From: Promethearchaeia archaeon
GTDB taxonomy: Archaea > Asgardarchaeota > Lokiarchaeia > Sigyniarchaeales > SOKP01
Assembly (NCBI GenBank): GCA_029856125.1
Contig: JAHQWJ010000106.1
Coordinates: 1 to 25,468, forward strand
DNA: 25,468 nucleotides
Reading direction: 5' to 3'
Part shown: in pieces, positions 24,220 to 25,468 of the stretch
Layout: every line of letters begins with the position of its first letter
Position numbering within the stretch: the stretch's first letter is position 1
The notes under the pieces: model-generated
Told to the model about the DNA's origin: nothing
The model's input: the letters and a program-made list of their open reading frames with translations, nothing else
The model's database searches: none
Made by a program: the position numbers and the translations under genes

Positions 24220-25466
24220 TTTTGATTTTCTGTATCTTTCAATGAGTTAATTTTTCCATCTATTATGGCCTTATTATATTCATCTTCTAACTCAGCGTAA
24301 AGTTTTTTTGCACTTTCAAAATTAATTAGCGCAAGATCGTATAACTGTTTGGAAACATAAATATCTCCTAGCTTGTTATGAATATCTGCTGCAATCTTGG
24401 ATTTATTTATATTCTCATAAATTTCTAAAGCTTCTTCATATAACTGAATAGCTTTTTGATCGTTTTGTAAATATTCTTGAAAAATTTTAGCAGCTTGATA
24501 CTGCATTTCAGCACTTTTTAGTTTATCTCCAAATTTCTTGTAGATGTCTTCAGAATAACTAAAATAATCTATAGCTTTCTTATCTTCGCCTTTTAGAGAA
24601 TAAAACTTAGCAATTGTTTCCAAAACAATTCCTTCTTTAATATTTTCTTGAACTTCGAATGTTCTTACAGCTTCTAAACTTTTTAATAGGTAATCCTCAG
24701 CCTCTAAATCATTGTCCCATAAAGAATGTAAGTTACCTAAGTAAAGATAACACTCCCATTCCAATTTTTTCTTCGTGAAAAGAGAAATTTGATTTTTTAT
24801 CCCTTCGACAAGCTCTAATGCACTTCTTAAGTAGTTAAATGATTGATCGTAGTATTCTTCTCCCAGATGATAATACATTTTCCCATACTTAGTACGTGTT
24901 TGGATTACTCCATATATATCATCAGTCTGAATAAAAAAGTCGAGATTCCGCTTCAAGATTCTCTTTATGCGATCGTAGTCTTCTAAGGAAAGCAATATCT
25001 CTACCAAATTACTAGCCGTTTTTATCGCTTCTAATTCAGAATTTTCCTTTTCAGCTAAAGTTAAAGCCTTTTGATAATATTTATTAGCGTTCTCTAAATC
25101 ATTTAATAAGTGATAAACATTTCCTAAGTTATTCAAAACATGGATTTCTTTCTTATAATCGTCAATTTCTTCTAAAAAACTTAGAGCCCTATCAAAATGA
25201 TAAATTGCTTGGTCAAAAAATCCAGTTTCTTCATGAATAATCCCAATTTCGTTATGAACTATGATAAGATTCATAATATTTTCCTCTTCTGTGAAATTCT
25301 CTAATGCTAATTCTAAATTTTTCAATGCGTTTGAGAAATCTCTTTTTTTATAAAAAAGGCTTGCTTTCTTGAGAAGTAAATTACCAATGTTTTTTCCTAA
25401 TCTCTCGCTATCAGTAAGTTGAGTTTCGAGTTGAGATAACTCGTGTTCAATAGTTTCATCATCGAT
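24216..25466 (-). CDS. Tetratricopeptide repeat protein, 5' end beyond the window
   Basis: Repeated TPR units (NEIGIIH..AIYHFDRAL; NNLGNVY..ANKYYQKAL; NKLGDIY..ALINFESA). The frame stays open from 25325 to the window edge (IDDETIEHELSQLETQ...). Confidence 0.9.
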   Translation of the reverse strand: MDDETIEHELSQLETQLTDSERLGKNIGNLLLKKASLFYKKRDFSNALKNLELALENFTEEENIMNLIIVHNEIGIIHEETGFFDQAIYHFDRALSFLEEIDDYKKEIHVLNNLGNVYHLLNDLENANKYYQKALTLAEKENSELEAIKTASNLVEILLSLEDYDRIKRILKRNLDFFIQTDDIYGVIQTRTKYGKMYYHLGEEYYDQSFNYLRSALELVEGIKNQISLFTKKKLEWECYLYLGNLHSLWDNDLEAEDYLLKSLEAVRTFEVQENIKEGIVLETIAKFYSLKGEDKKAIDYFSYSEDIYKKFGDKLKSAEMQYQAAKIFQEYLQNDQKAIQLYEEALEIYENINKSKIAADIHNKLGDIYVSKQLYDLALINFESAKKLYAELEDEYNKAIIDGKINSLKDTENQN

Positions 25467-25468
25467 TA

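Noticed and set aside
1-25468. CRISPR arrays, tRNA/rRNA genes, transposases or integrases
   Set aside because: No regularly spaced repeats, GC-rich structured RNA segments or mobile-element motifs were seen. Intergenic gaps are short and AT-rich.

Overview
AT-rich archaeal DNA, most consistent with an Asgard (Lokiarchaeia-like) genome. This is inferred from roadblock- and longin/uDENN-like proteins, a stand-alone 7TM protein, a long TPR protein, H4MPT C1 enzymes and a CDC48 ending in HbYX. The left part holds a minus-strand operon: winged-HTH-HdrA-ferredoxin-MvhD fusion, mvhG-like small subunit, mvhA-like [NiFe] large subunit, and possibly a longin-like gene. It is divergent from two unknown paralogues, an MtdA/B-type methylene-H4MPT dehydrogenase and cdc48. 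These are followed by F420-dependent mtd and ftr, two large membrane-anchored surface proteins, glyS, and 7TM, coiled-coil, GNAT, DUF1624-like and TPR genes. The best candidate for a new system is an MvhADG-HdrA module apparently rebuilt as an H2/redox-sensing transcription regulator. HdrA has gained a DNA-binding domain and lost ligands of one Fe-S cluster. The large subunit shows both hallmarks of bacterial sensory hydrogenases (CxxCxxxQ motif, no C-terminal extension). The adjacent divergent promoter carries five TGACAA boxes. No RNA genes, mobile elements or CRISPR arrays were recognised.
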